A stretch of DNA of 64,000 bases, taken from contig CAXXVO010000008.1 of the NCBI GenBank assembly GCA_963422645.2, forward strand, positions 384,001 to 448,000, read 5' to 3'. Positions within the stretch are counted from its first letter, which is position 1. Each line of letters opens with the position of its first letter. This document shows, piece after piece, positions 18,783 to 27,313 of the stretch. Position numbers and translations under genes: made by a program. The notes under the pieces were generated by a model, which had not been told where the DNA came from, searched no databases, and saw only the letters and a list, made by a program, of their open reading frames with translations. The stretch is from Alphaproteobacteria bacterium. Its GTDB lineage: Bacteria > Pseudomonadota > Alphaproteobacteria > UBA828.

Positions 18783-19514
18783 ATGCAGCAGGGGCTTCGG
18801 ATCGCAGCGTCCGTTCTGGCGGCGGACTTTTCGCGCCTCGGCGAGGAGGTGCGGGCGGTCTCGGACGCGGGTGCGGACTGGCTGCACGTCGATGTGATGG
18901 ATGGCCACTTCGTGCCCAACCTGACCATCGGCGCGAGTGTCGTGGCAGCCCTCCGGCCCCACAGCACACGGCCCTTCGACGTGCATCTGATGGTCTCGCC
19001 GGTCGACCCCTATATCGAGTCTTTCGCCGAGGCCGGTGCCGACGCCATAACCGTCCACGTCGAAGCAGGCGCGCACCTGCACCGCACTCTCCAGCGCATC
19101 AAGAGCACGGGCAAGCGGGCGGGGGTCGCGCTCAACCCGGCGACGCCGATCCACGCCGTCGAACCGGTCTTGGGCGACATCGATCTGGTACTGGTGATGA
19201 GCGTCAACCCGGGATTCGGCGGCCAGCGCTTCATCCCGAGCCAGTTCGGCAAGATCGAGGCGCTTAGGGGGCTGATCGACGCCAGCGGGCGCACCGTCGA
19301 TCTCTCCGTCGATGGCGGGATCGACGAGCACACGGCCGGCCTTGCCACGAGCGCGGGCGCCGATGTCTTGGTGGCAGGCTCGGCGAGCTTCGCCGGGGGA
19401 CAGGCCGAGTATTCCGCTAACATCGCGCGACTGAGGGCAGCCGGGGAGGCGGGGCGCACGGCTCCGCACGGCGCCCGAACGCGGCCGCGCGCGATTGGCG
19501 CGTCGGCCTCCTAA
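18783..19514 (+). CDS. rpe: Ribulose-phosphate 3-epimerase
   Basis: 'HVDVMDGHFVPN', 'DVHLM', 'MSVNPGFGGQ', 'VDGG', 'VAGS'. Confidence 0.97.
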   Translation: MQQGLRIAASVLAADFSRLGEEVRAVSDAGADWLHVDVMDGHFVPNLTIGASVVAALRPHSTRPFDVHLMVSPVDPYIESFAEAGADAITVHVEAGAHLHRTLQRIKSTGKRAGVALNPATPIHAVEPVLGDIDLVLVMSVNPGFGGQRFIPSQFGKIEALRGLIDASGRTVDLSVDGGIDEHTAGLATSAGADVLVAGSASFAGGQAEYSANIARLRAAGEAGRTAPHGARTRPRAIGASAS

Positions 19515-19531
19515 CTCCTAACTCCGACCCC

Positions 19532-21196
19532 ATGGGCTCGCGGGACGAGCAGGCCTCGGAGGGCTTTCTCGGCGCCCTGCGACGGTTCCGCAGCCGCGCC
19601 TCAGGGCGAGGGGCGCAGGAGGAAGCGCCGGAACTTCTACACCTGCCGGTCGATCTCGTGCCGGGGGTGGCCGGGCGTGGCGAAGCGCTGGTCGGCGGGC
19701 ACTATGAGTTCGGCGGCCAAACGCTCCGCGCCGGCGAGGTCGGCGAGCGCGGCGAAGCGCCCTGGCGTCACCAGGGTGCCGGCGAATACTGGCTCGGCGA
19801 GCTCCACAGCTTCGCCTGGCTGCGCGACCTGCGCGCGGTGGGCACCGCCTCGGCAGCGGAGCGCGCCCGCTCGCTGGTGCTCGACTGGCTACAGCAGCAT
19901 CGCACGATCGCAAACGCGGTACCGGCGTGGAGGCCAGAGCCCCTCGCGCGGCGCCTCTCCGCCTGGCTCGCCCACAGCGAGTTCCTGTTGCAGGGCGCCG
20001 ACGACGAGTTCTCCCAGCGCTTTCATCGGGCGCTTGAGCTCCAGGCCAACCACCTGGCGCGCATGGCGCGCAATGGGACCGAGGGGCTGACGCAACTGAT
20101 CGCTTGCAGGGGATTGATCGAGACCGGGCTTTGCCTTTCCGACGGCGAGCGCCGCGTCACCCAGGGCTTCAAGCTCCTCGAAGCGGCGCTGGTTCAGCAG
20201 GTGCTGGGCGACGGTTGCTATGTCCAGAGAAACCCGGCGGCGCAACTCGAGGCACTATGGTGCCTCGCGGGGCTGCACGCGACCCTCGACGGGAGTGAGC
20301 GCCCGGCCGGACAAACCCTCTCGGAAGCGATCGCCCGGCTCGCATCGACGCTGCGCCTGTTCCGCCACGGCGACGGCGGGCTCGCGCTCTTCAACGGCGC
20401 CGTCGAAGAGGAGCGAGGCCTGATCGACCTCGCTCTCAGCCGGGCAGCGGCAAGCGTCGGTGCTACTCCGCTCAATGCGCCCCACACCGGGTTCCGGCGC
20501 ATCGAGGGCAGGCACGCAATTCTGATCGCGGACACCGGCGCGCCGGCGGCCATCGGGAGCTGGGCTCATGCCGGTACGCTGAGCTTCGAGATGAGCGCAG
20601 GGCGAGAGCGCCTGATCGTCAACTGCGGCGGCTGGCGCGGGCCGGACGACGGCTGGCGCGAAGCGCTGCGTGGCACGGCGGCCCACAGCACGCTCGTTGT
20701 GGACGACACCAATTCCACCGCCCTCGGCGCGGACGGCGGCATTTCGGAAGGCCCAAAGTCGGTGAGGGTGGAGCGGCGCGATCAGGACGGCGCGACCTGG
20801 ATCGACACCGACCACGACGGCTACCTCGACACGCTCGGCCTGGTTCACAAGCGCAGACTCTACGCGGGCGCCGAGGGCGGCGATGTGCGCGGCGAGGACA
20901 CGCTCACACACTTGCGGCAACGACGGCGGCGAGGGCGCCAATTCGCCGTGCGCTTCCACCTGCATCCCGACGTGCGCTGCGCGATGACCGAGGACCGGCG
21001 CGCCGCCCTCCTGCGGCTCCAAAGCGGCGCGGTCTGGCAGATGCGCGCCGCCGGCGCGTCGATGAGCATCGACGAGAGCGTTTATGCCGGGGACGGAGCG
21101 ACTCGGCGGCGCACGTCTCAGGTCGCGCTGATCGGCCCGGTCGAGGACACCACCACGGTCAAGTGGGCGCTCAAGCTCCTGCCCAAGGGCAACTGA
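19532..21196 (+). CDS. Heparinase II/III family protein
   Basis: 'LHSFAWLRDL', 'RHGDGGLALFNG', 'AHAGTLSFEMS', 'TAAHST', 'HDGY', 'RFHLHP'; usual neighbour of rsmB/rpe. Confidence 0.88.
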   Translation: MGSRDEQASEGFLGALRRFRSRASGRGAQEEAPELLHLPVDLVPGVAGRGEALVGGHYEFGGQTLRAGEVGERGEAPWRHQGAGEYWLGELHSFAWLRDLRAVGTASAAERARSLVLDWLQQHRTIANAVPAWRPEPLARRLSAWLAHSEFLLQGADDEFSQRFHRALELQANHLARMARNGTEGLTQLIACRGLIETGLCLSDGERRVTQGFKLLEAALVQQVLGDGCYVQRNPAAQLEALWCLAGLHATLDGSERPAGQTLSEAIARLASTLRLFRHGDGGLALFNGAVEEERGLIDLALSRAAASVGATPLNAPHTGFRRIEGRHAILIADTGAPAAIGSWAHAGTLSFEMSAGRERLIVNCGGWRGPDDGWREALRGTAAHSTLVVDDTNSTALGADGGISEGPKSVRVERRDQDGATWIDTDHDGYLDTLGLVHKRRLYAGAEGGDVRGEDTLTHLRQRRRRGRQFAVRFHLHPDVRCAMTEDRRAALLRLQSGAVWQMRAAGASMSIDESVYAGDGATRRRTSQVALIGPVEDTTTVKWALKLLPKGN

Positions 21197-21408
21197 GGGA
21201 GTTCCCGACGCGCCTGGGCAAGACACGAAACCACTTGCAAAGCGAGCCACAATGGACCAACAAGGGTCCGTCGGTAGCACGTGACCTTGATGTATCTTCG
21301 CTGACTGGCTCCAGCCGGGCCAAGCTACTCTAGAGACACGGTGCGCCCTGTACACCCGCGATGCCGCCATGCGCGGCGCGGGCGCTAAACTTTGCGAAAG
21401 GAGTAGTC

Positions 21409-21618
21409 ATGGCAACTGGTACGGTGAAGTGGTTCAACTCGGTCAAAGGCTACGGCTTCATTCAGCCGAGCGACGGGTCCAAGGACGCGTTCGTCCACAT
21501 TTCCGCTGTCGAGCAGGCGGGGCTTACCAACCTGCGCGAAGGCCAGAAGGTCGAGTACGAACTGACGCCCGGGCGGGACGGCAGAGCGTCGGCGGAGAAC
21601 CTGGGCGTTCTGGACTAA
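21409..21618 (+). CDS. cspA: Cold-shock protein
   Basis: MATGTVKWFN..KGYGFI..D.FVHISA; RBS aggag. Confidence 0.96.
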   Translation: MATGTVKWFNSVKGYGFIQPSDGSKDAFVHISAVEQAGLTNLREGQKVEYELTPGRDGRASAENLGVLD

Positions 21619-21640
21619 GTCCCGAGAGACCTTCCCCATC

Positions 21641-21671
21641 AAACGCCGGCGGCAGGCGCCGCCGGCGTTTT
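21641..21671 (+). terminator. Intrinsic terminator after cspA
   Basis: aaacgccggcggc-aggc-gccgccggcgtttt. Confidence 0.8.
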
Positions 21672-21790
21672 GATATCGCCCGCACGTGGGCGACACGGGG
21701 TCGCTCGCGCGGGCGTCGTGACGTAACCGGCGGCACGTCGGCGGGTGGGGCGAGCCCTGCCGGCACCGCTGCCAAGCCAAAAGGAATCGA

Positions 21791-22027
21791 ATGGCACGCA
21801 AGCCCAACTACCGTTTCGCCCGCCTCGAGCGGGAGCGCAACAAGGCCGCGAGAAAGGCCGAGCGCGCCAAGCTGAAGGCCGAGCGCGCAGAACTGAGGCG
21901 GCGGGAGAAAACCGGCGAGCCGGCCGACGGCGAGACGGGCGAAGCCGTCGATGATGCTGCGGACCTGCCCGATGGCGCCTCGGACGAGTCCGCTACCGCC
22001 ACGGCGCAGGATGGGAAGCCCGCCTGA
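21791..22027 (+). CDS. Small basic/acidic hypothetical protein
   Basis: RBS aagga; 'MARKPNYRFARLERERNKAARK' helix followed by an acidic tail. Confidence 0.65.
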   Translation: MARKPNYRFARLERERNKAARKAERAKLKAERAELRRREKTGEPADGETGEAVDDAADLPDGASDESATATAQDGKPA

Positions 22028-22119
22028 TCGAGGCCCAGTTCAGGGAATAGCGTTGGCCGCAGGAACCAAACACCCCTGAACGATTTCCGGATGGGTCGGG
22101 CGTCGAATTCTCGTGCGCA

Positions 22120-22446
22120 TCAACGGACTTCGACCAGGACGTCGCCTTCCTTGAGAGCGGATTCAATGGCCCGCAGATGCGGGGACAGCTTGTTCCGAAG
22201 CGAGGCATTGGCCGTATTGCCGAAGCGCAGCCAGACCACCTGCAATCCTCGAGTGCGCCGTGCTCGCTCAGCAAAGTCGGCATCCTTCGACCAGATCACC
22301 GCCCCCAACTCTCGTGCCTTGGCTTCGATCACGTCATCGGTAGCGGCGCGCAAGCCGAGAGCGTCGATGTGCCGAGACGGATAGCCGTTCTCGGAAAGCC
22401 CCCGTGCCAAGCCGGGGGGCAACTGCGCGTCGATCAAGAATAGCAC
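22120..22446 (-). CDS. DUF5615 PIN-like toxin (VapC45-like)
   Basis: GTG start; 'FLIDAQLPP.LA..L', 'ATDDVI', 'SKDADF', 'VVWLRFGN'. Confidence 0.85.
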   Translation of the reverse strand: MLFLIDAQLPPGLARGLSENGYPSRHIDALGLRAATDDVIEAKARELGAVIWSKDADFAERARRTRGLQVVWLRFGNTANASLRNKLSPHLRAIESALKEGDVLVEVR

Positions 22447-22465
22447 TGTCAGGCGGCGAGAATGA

Positions 22466-24353
22466 GTAACTGCCCAGGTCGTCTGATTTGTCATTTTGGG
22501 CCAGTGGATTGAGGCGTTTCTCGTTCGGAGTTGGTGGAAAGGGCTTGACGGGAATTTCGGGAAATGACTCAACAACGACATGAGCAATCCCGAGTCGCCG
22601 CGCGGCCCTTCGACGGGAGCAGCGCCCGAAACGCCCGCGCAGAAGATCGCCCGCCTGGAGGAGGAGAACGCCCGGCTTCGGGAGGAAAATGCCTGGCTTC
22701 GGCAGCAGAACGCGCGGCTGGAAGAGCAAGTCGCGCGTCTCGTCGAGCGCATCGAGGAGTTGGAGCGCCGTCTCGGCCTCAACAGCGGCAACAGCGGCAA
22801 GCCGCCTTCGAGCGATGGGCTGAGGAAGCCGAATTCGAAGCGGCGAACCCGAAGCCTGCGCGGCAAATCGGGCCGCAAGCCCGGTGGCCAGCCCGGCCAC
22901 AAGGGCAAGACGCTGCGCCGCGCCGATCACCCGGATCGGGTGAAGGATCACGTCCCGGCTTCCTGCAAGGGATGCGGTTCGCCGCTTTCGGACGCGGCCA
23001 GGGCGGGAACGCCCGTCGCCCGCCAGGTGTTCGATCTGCCCGAGCCGAGCCCCCTGGAGGTGACCGAGCACCGGGCGCATGCCAAGTGCTGCGGGCATTG
23101 CGGGACGGTGACCCGGGCGGCGTTCCCCGACGGGGTGTCGGCGCCGGTGCAGTACGGCCCGCGCATTGCCGGGGTGGCGGTCTACCTTCAGCACGCTCAC
23201 TTCCTGCCGGAGGATCGGCTGTCGCAGGTGATGGCCGAGCTCTTCGGCGCGCCGGTGACGGCTGCGACGTTGGCGACGATGAGCGAGAGGGCGGCCGAGC
23301 GGCTGCGGGACGCGGCCTTGCACATACAGGACCTGGCGGCGGGCACGGCGCGGGTGAAACACATGGACGAGACCGGCTTGCGGATCGGCGGTCAGACGCA
23401 GTGGCTTCATGTGATCTGCACGCCGCTGCTGGCGGCGTACCGGGTCAGCGGCAAGCGCGGCGCCCTGCTCTCGGGTGTCTCCGGCATCGTCGTGCACGAT
23501 CACTGGAAGCCGTACTTCGCGATGGAAGGGGTGGAGCACGGCCTGTGCAACGCCCATCACCTGCGGGAGTTGCAGGCGCTGGTGGACATCGAAGGGGAGG
23601 CTTGGGCCCGGCGGATGCAGCAGCTCCTGCGCCGAGCCAATCGCGCCGCCCGCATCGCGCTGGACAAGGATATCGCCGTTCCGGCGAGGCTTGTGGCGCT
23701 GATCGAGCGCCGATACGACGAGATCATCGCCGATGCGCTGGCCTTTCACGAGAGCCAACCACCGTTCTCGCCTGGCAAGAGGAAGAAGCGCCGGAAGCGA
23801 AGGATCGGTCACAATCCGGCCTTGAGGCTGCGCGACCACAAATGCGCGGTGCTCCGGTTCCTGATCGACCTCGAGGTCGGGTTCACGAACAACGAGGCCG
23901 AGCGCGACCTTCGGATGATGAAGCTGCGCCAGAAGATCTCCGGGGGCTTCCGGTCCGCGCAGGGGGCCGAGAACTTCGCCATCCTGCGCAGCGTCATCAC
24001 CACCGCCAGAAAGCAGGGCTGGAATATCATCGAAGCCCTGACCAGCCCATCGGATCGGCTCATCGCCACCGTCAAGTGCGCGTAAGCTCACCTGGCACGG
24101 GTTCTCCAACAGCGGAGCCATTCTCATAAACGATCATGGTCGACGCCGTGCTGGACCACCCCATAGAATGAAAATCGGTGCCCGTCGCGCGGGCGGACTT
24201 CGGGCCACATCGGGGTAGCTTACCGGTCGCAGTCCGCAAGAGGGGCATCGTGAGCTGTGAAACCCGGCGACCACAGAGGAGCACACGGGCGTCGCGTGGG
24301 TAGCGTTGTGCCGAATCCCAGAGAATTTTCACAGCAAGAACCTGGGCAGTTAC
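22466..24353 (+). mobile_element. IS66-family element, copy 2 (1888 bp)
   Basis: TIRs gtaactgcccaggt / acctgggcagttac; TSD gagaatga at 22458-22465 and 24354-24361. Confidence 0.97.
22580..24085 (+). CDS. IS66-family transposase
   Basis: Same protein as copy 1 except L>P in 'GHNPAL'. Confidence 0.95.
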   Translation: MSNPESPRGPSTGAAPETPAQKIARLEEENARLREENAWLRQQNARLEEQVARLVERIEELERRLGLNSGNSGKPPSSDGLRKPNSKRRTRSLRGKSGRKPGGQPGHKGKTLRRADHPDRVKDHVPASCKGCGSPLSDAARAGTPVARQVFDLPEPSPLEVTEHRAHAKCCGHCGTVTRAAFPDGVSAPVQYGPRIAGVAVYLQHAHFLPEDRLSQVMAELFGAPVTAATLATMSERAAERLRDAALHIQDLAAGTARVKHMDETGLRIGGQTQWLHVICTPLLAAYRVSGKRGALLSGVSGIVVHDHWKPYFAMEGVEHGLCNAHHLRELQALVDIEGEAWARRMQQLLRRANRAARIALDKDIAVPARLVALIERRYDEIIADALAFHESQPPFSPGKRKKRRKRRIGHNPALRLRDHKCAVLRFLIDLEVGFTNNEAERDLRMMKLRQKISGGFRSAQGAENFAILRSVITTARKQGWNIIEALTSPSDRLIATVKCA

Positions 24354-24361
24354 GAGAATGA

Positions 24362-26249
24362 GTAACTGCCCAGGTCGTCTGATTTGTCATTTTGGGCCAG
24401 TGGATTGAGGCGTTTCTCGTTCGGAGTTGGTGGAAAGGGCTTGACGGGAATTTCGGGAAATGACTCAACAACGACATGAGCAATCCCGAGTCGCCGCGCG
24501 GCCCTTCGACGGGAGCAGCGCCCGAAACGCCCGCGCAGAAGATCGCCCGCCTGGAGGAGGAGAACGCCCGGCTTCGGGAGGAAAATGCCTGGCTTCGGCA
24601 GCAGAACGCGCGGCTGGAAGAGCAAGTCGCGCGTCTCGTCGAGCGCATCGAGGAGTTGGAGCGCCGTCTCGGCCTCAACAGCGGCAACAGCGGCAAGCCG
24701 CCTTCGAGCGATGGGCTGAGGAAGCCGAATTCGAAGCGGCGAACCCGAAGCCTGCGCGGCAAATCGGGCCGCAAGCCCGGTGGCCAGCCCGGCCACAAGG
24801 GCAAGACGCTGCGCCGCGCCGATCACCCGGATCGGGTGAAGGATCACGTCCCGGCTTCCTGCAAGGGATGCGGTTCGCCGCTTTCGGACGCGGCCAGGGC
24901 GGGAACGCCCGTCGCCCGCCAGGTGTTCGATCTGCCCGAGCCGAGCCCCCTGGAGGTGACCGAGCACCGGGCGCATGCCAAGTGCTGCGGGCATTGCGGG
25001 ACGGTGACCCGGGCGGCGTTCCCCGACGGGGTGTCGGCGCCGGTGCAGTACGGCCCGCGCATTGCCGGGGTGGCGGTCTACCTTCAGCACGCTCACTTCC
25101 TGCCGGAGGATCGGCTGTCGCAGGTGATGGCCGAGCTCTTCGGCGCGCCGGTGACGGCTGCGACGTTGGCGACGATGAGCGAGAGGGCGGCCGAGCGGCT
25201 GCGGGACGCGGCCTTGCACATACAGGACCTGGCGGCGGGCACGGCGCGGGTGAAACACATGGACGAGACCGGCTTGCGGATCGGCGGTCAGACGCAGTGG
25301 CTTCATGTGATCTGCACGCCGCTGCTGGCGGCGTACCGGGTCAGCGGCAAGCGCGGCGCCCTGCTCTCGGGTGTCTCCGGCATCGTCGTGCACGATCACT
25401 GGAAGCCGTACTTCGCGATGGAAGGGGTGGAGCACGGCCTGTGCAACGCCCATCACCTGCGGGAGTTGCAGGCGCTGGTGGACATCGAAGGGGAGGCTTG
25501 GGCCCGGCGGATGCAGCAGCTCCTGCGCCGAGCCAATCGCGCCGCCCGCATCGCGCTGGACAAGGATATCGCCGTTCCGGCGAGGCTTGTGGCGCTGATC
25601 GAGCGCCGATACGACGAGATCATCGCCGATGCGCTGGCCTTTCACGAGAGCCAACCACCGTTCTCGCCTGGCAAGAGGAAGAAGCGCCGGAAGCGAAGGA
25701 TCGGTCACAATCTGGCCTTGAGGCTGCGCGACCACAAATGCGCGGTGCTCCGGTTCCTGATCGACCTCGAGGTCGGGTTCACGAACAACGAGGCCGAGCG
25801 CGACCTTCGGATGATGAAGCTGCGCCAGAAGATCTCCGGGGGCTTCCGGTCCGCGCAGGGGGCCGAGAACTTCGCCATCCTGCGCAGCGTCATCACCACC
25901 GCCAGAAAGCAGGGCTGGAATATCATCGAAGCCCTGACCAGCCCATCGGATCGGCTCATCGCCACCGTCAAGTGCGCGTAAGCTCACCTGGCACGGGTTC
26001 TCCAACAGCGGAGCCATTCTCATAAACGATCATGGTCGACGCCGTGCTGGACCACCCCATAGAATGAAAATCGGTGCCCGTCGCGCGGGCGGACTTCGGG
26101 CCACATCGGGGTAGCTTACCGGTCGCAGTCCGCAAGAGGGGCATCGTGAGCTGTGAAACCCGGCGACCCCAGAGGAGCACACGGGCGTCGCGTGGGTAGC
26201 GTTGTGCCGAATCCCAGAGAATTTTCACAGCAAGAACCTGGGCAGTTAC
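24362..26249 (+). mobile_element. IS66-family element, copy 3 (1888 bp), tandem with copy 2
   Basis: Same TIRs; gagaatga at 24354-24361 and 26250-26257. Confidence 0.97.
24476..25981 (+). CDS. IS66-family transposase
   Basis: 501 aa, same translation as copy 1. Confidence 0.95.
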   Translation: MSNPESPRGPSTGAAPETPAQKIARLEEENARLREENAWLRQQNARLEEQVARLVERIEELERRLGLNSGNSGKPPSSDGLRKPNSKRRTRSLRGKSGRKPGGQPGHKGKTLRRADHPDRVKDHVPASCKGCGSPLSDAARAGTPVARQVFDLPEPSPLEVTEHRAHAKCCGHCGTVTRAAFPDGVSAPVQYGPRIAGVAVYLQHAHFLPEDRLSQVMAELFGAPVTAATLATMSERAAERLRDAALHIQDLAAGTARVKHMDETGLRIGGQTQWLHVICTPLLAAYRVSGKRGALLSGVSGIVVHDHWKPYFAMEGVEHGLCNAHHLRELQALVDIEGEAWARRMQQLLRRANRAARIALDKDIAVPARLVALIERRYDEIIADALAFHESQPPFSPGKRKKRRKRRIGHNLALRLRDHKCAVLRFLIDLEVGFTNNEAERDLRMMKLRQKISGGFRSAQGAENFAILRSVITTARKQGWNIIEALTSPSDRLIATVKCA

Positions 26250-26483
26250 GAGAATGATGCGATGCGCACTTGCAGCCGCGCCAAAGGCCAGGGCCGCCCT
26301 CAGGTCCGCTTCACTGAGGTAGGGATAGTCGGCGAGGATGTCTTCCTGTGACACGCCTTCGGCCAACAGCTCCAGGATGTCAGCCACCCTGACGCGTGTG
26401 CCACGTATATGCGGCCGCCCGCCGCAAATCGAAGCATCGATCTGTATGCGCTCGCGGACCTCCGGGTCGTCTACCGTGGCCAT
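26250..26483 (-). pseudogene. DUF433 antitoxin (VapB45-like), interrupted in its last codons by the IS66 dimer; native end (AA-stop) is at 22449-22457
   Basis: 'RIQIDASICGGRPHIRGTRVRVADILELLAEG...ILADYPYL...D..AAL.F'. Removing the ISs restores HRIILAA*, 2 bp before the toxin GTG. Confidence 0.9.
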
Positions 26484-26599
26484 GCTGGGCTCCTAGAGCA
26501 GGGTCGTAAGGAACCGGCAGAATACTGGACCAAGACGATCGCGTGTAGTTCGCAGTGTTGCATCCGCAACACAGGTTCCTATCTCTCCGCTCCCCCTCG

Positions 26600-27313
26600 T
26601 CAAGCCCCGGCCCGGTGCGCCTTCGAGAGCTTGTCCGCGAGGCGTGTGGGCTCGGGGAGCCGATAGCGCGTGGCACAGCCAAGGGTCAGCGCCACCGCAG
26701 TTCTGAGCGAGACCCGGTGGCCGGCCGAAACATAGACCGGCTTCACCCGCTCACGCGTTCGCAGGACGGCGCCAAGCCGCTCGCCGGGCCGCACGCCCTT
26801 GTCGGCAAGCAGCCACGCGACATCGCCCTTCGCCGGGCCGGGCTCATCGTGGGAGCCCGTGAGCCTCGACTTTGCGACGCCGATGGCGGGTATGTCCAGC
26901 CAGACCCCGAGGTGGCAGGCGAGCCCGAAGCGGCGGGGGTGGGCATAGCCGTGGCCGTCGCAGAGGATCAGGTCGGGCATCGTGGGGAGTTGGCGGAGAG
27001 CCTCCAGCAAGGCCGGCACCTCGCGGAAGGAGAGCAGCCCCGGCACGTAGGGAAACGTCGTCGGGCGCTCGATCAGCGCTGCGCCCGTCTGCACCGGTCC
27101 GGGATAGTCCAGCATCACCGCTGCGGCCCGAATCACCCGCCCGCCATCGGCAAAGGCGGCATCGACCCCAGCCACCCGCTTGACCGCCCGACGCCCGCCG
27201 GGGCCAAAGCGGTCCGAGCGGACCACCGTGCCGGCGAGCGCCTTCTGCAGTGCGATGGCGTCCTTGGGCGACAGGTTCCACGCGTGGAGCGGCGCGGCAG
27301 CCTTTGCCCTCAC
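26600..27313 (-). CDS. nfi: Endonuclease V
   Basis: 'VAGVD', 'FPYVPGLLSFRE', 'DGHGYAHPRRFGLACHLG', 'IGVAKS', 'YRLPEPTRLAD'. Confidence 0.96.
   Translation of the reverse strand: MRAKAAAPLHAWNLSPKDAIALQKALAGTVVRSDRFGPGGRRAVKRVAGVDAAFADGGRVIRAAAVMLDYPGPVQTGAALIERPTTFPYVPGLLSFREVPALLEALRQLPTMPDLILCDGHGYAHPRRFGLACHLGVWLDIPAIGVAKSRLTGSHDEPGPAKGDVAWLLADKGVRPGERLGAVLRTRERVKPVYVSAGHRVSLRTAVALTLGCATRYRLPEPTRLADKLSKAHRAGA

Noticed and set aside
24200-24300. Hammerhead ribozyme or group II intron domain V in the IS right end
   Set aside because: A GAAA is present but there is no CUGANGA core and no domain V catalytic-triad hairpin.
22334-26025. Long overlapping and antisense ORFs (514-660 aa) across each IS66 copy
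   Set aside because: Shadow frames of the high-GC transposase gene with no recognisable motifs. They recur only because the IS is repeated.
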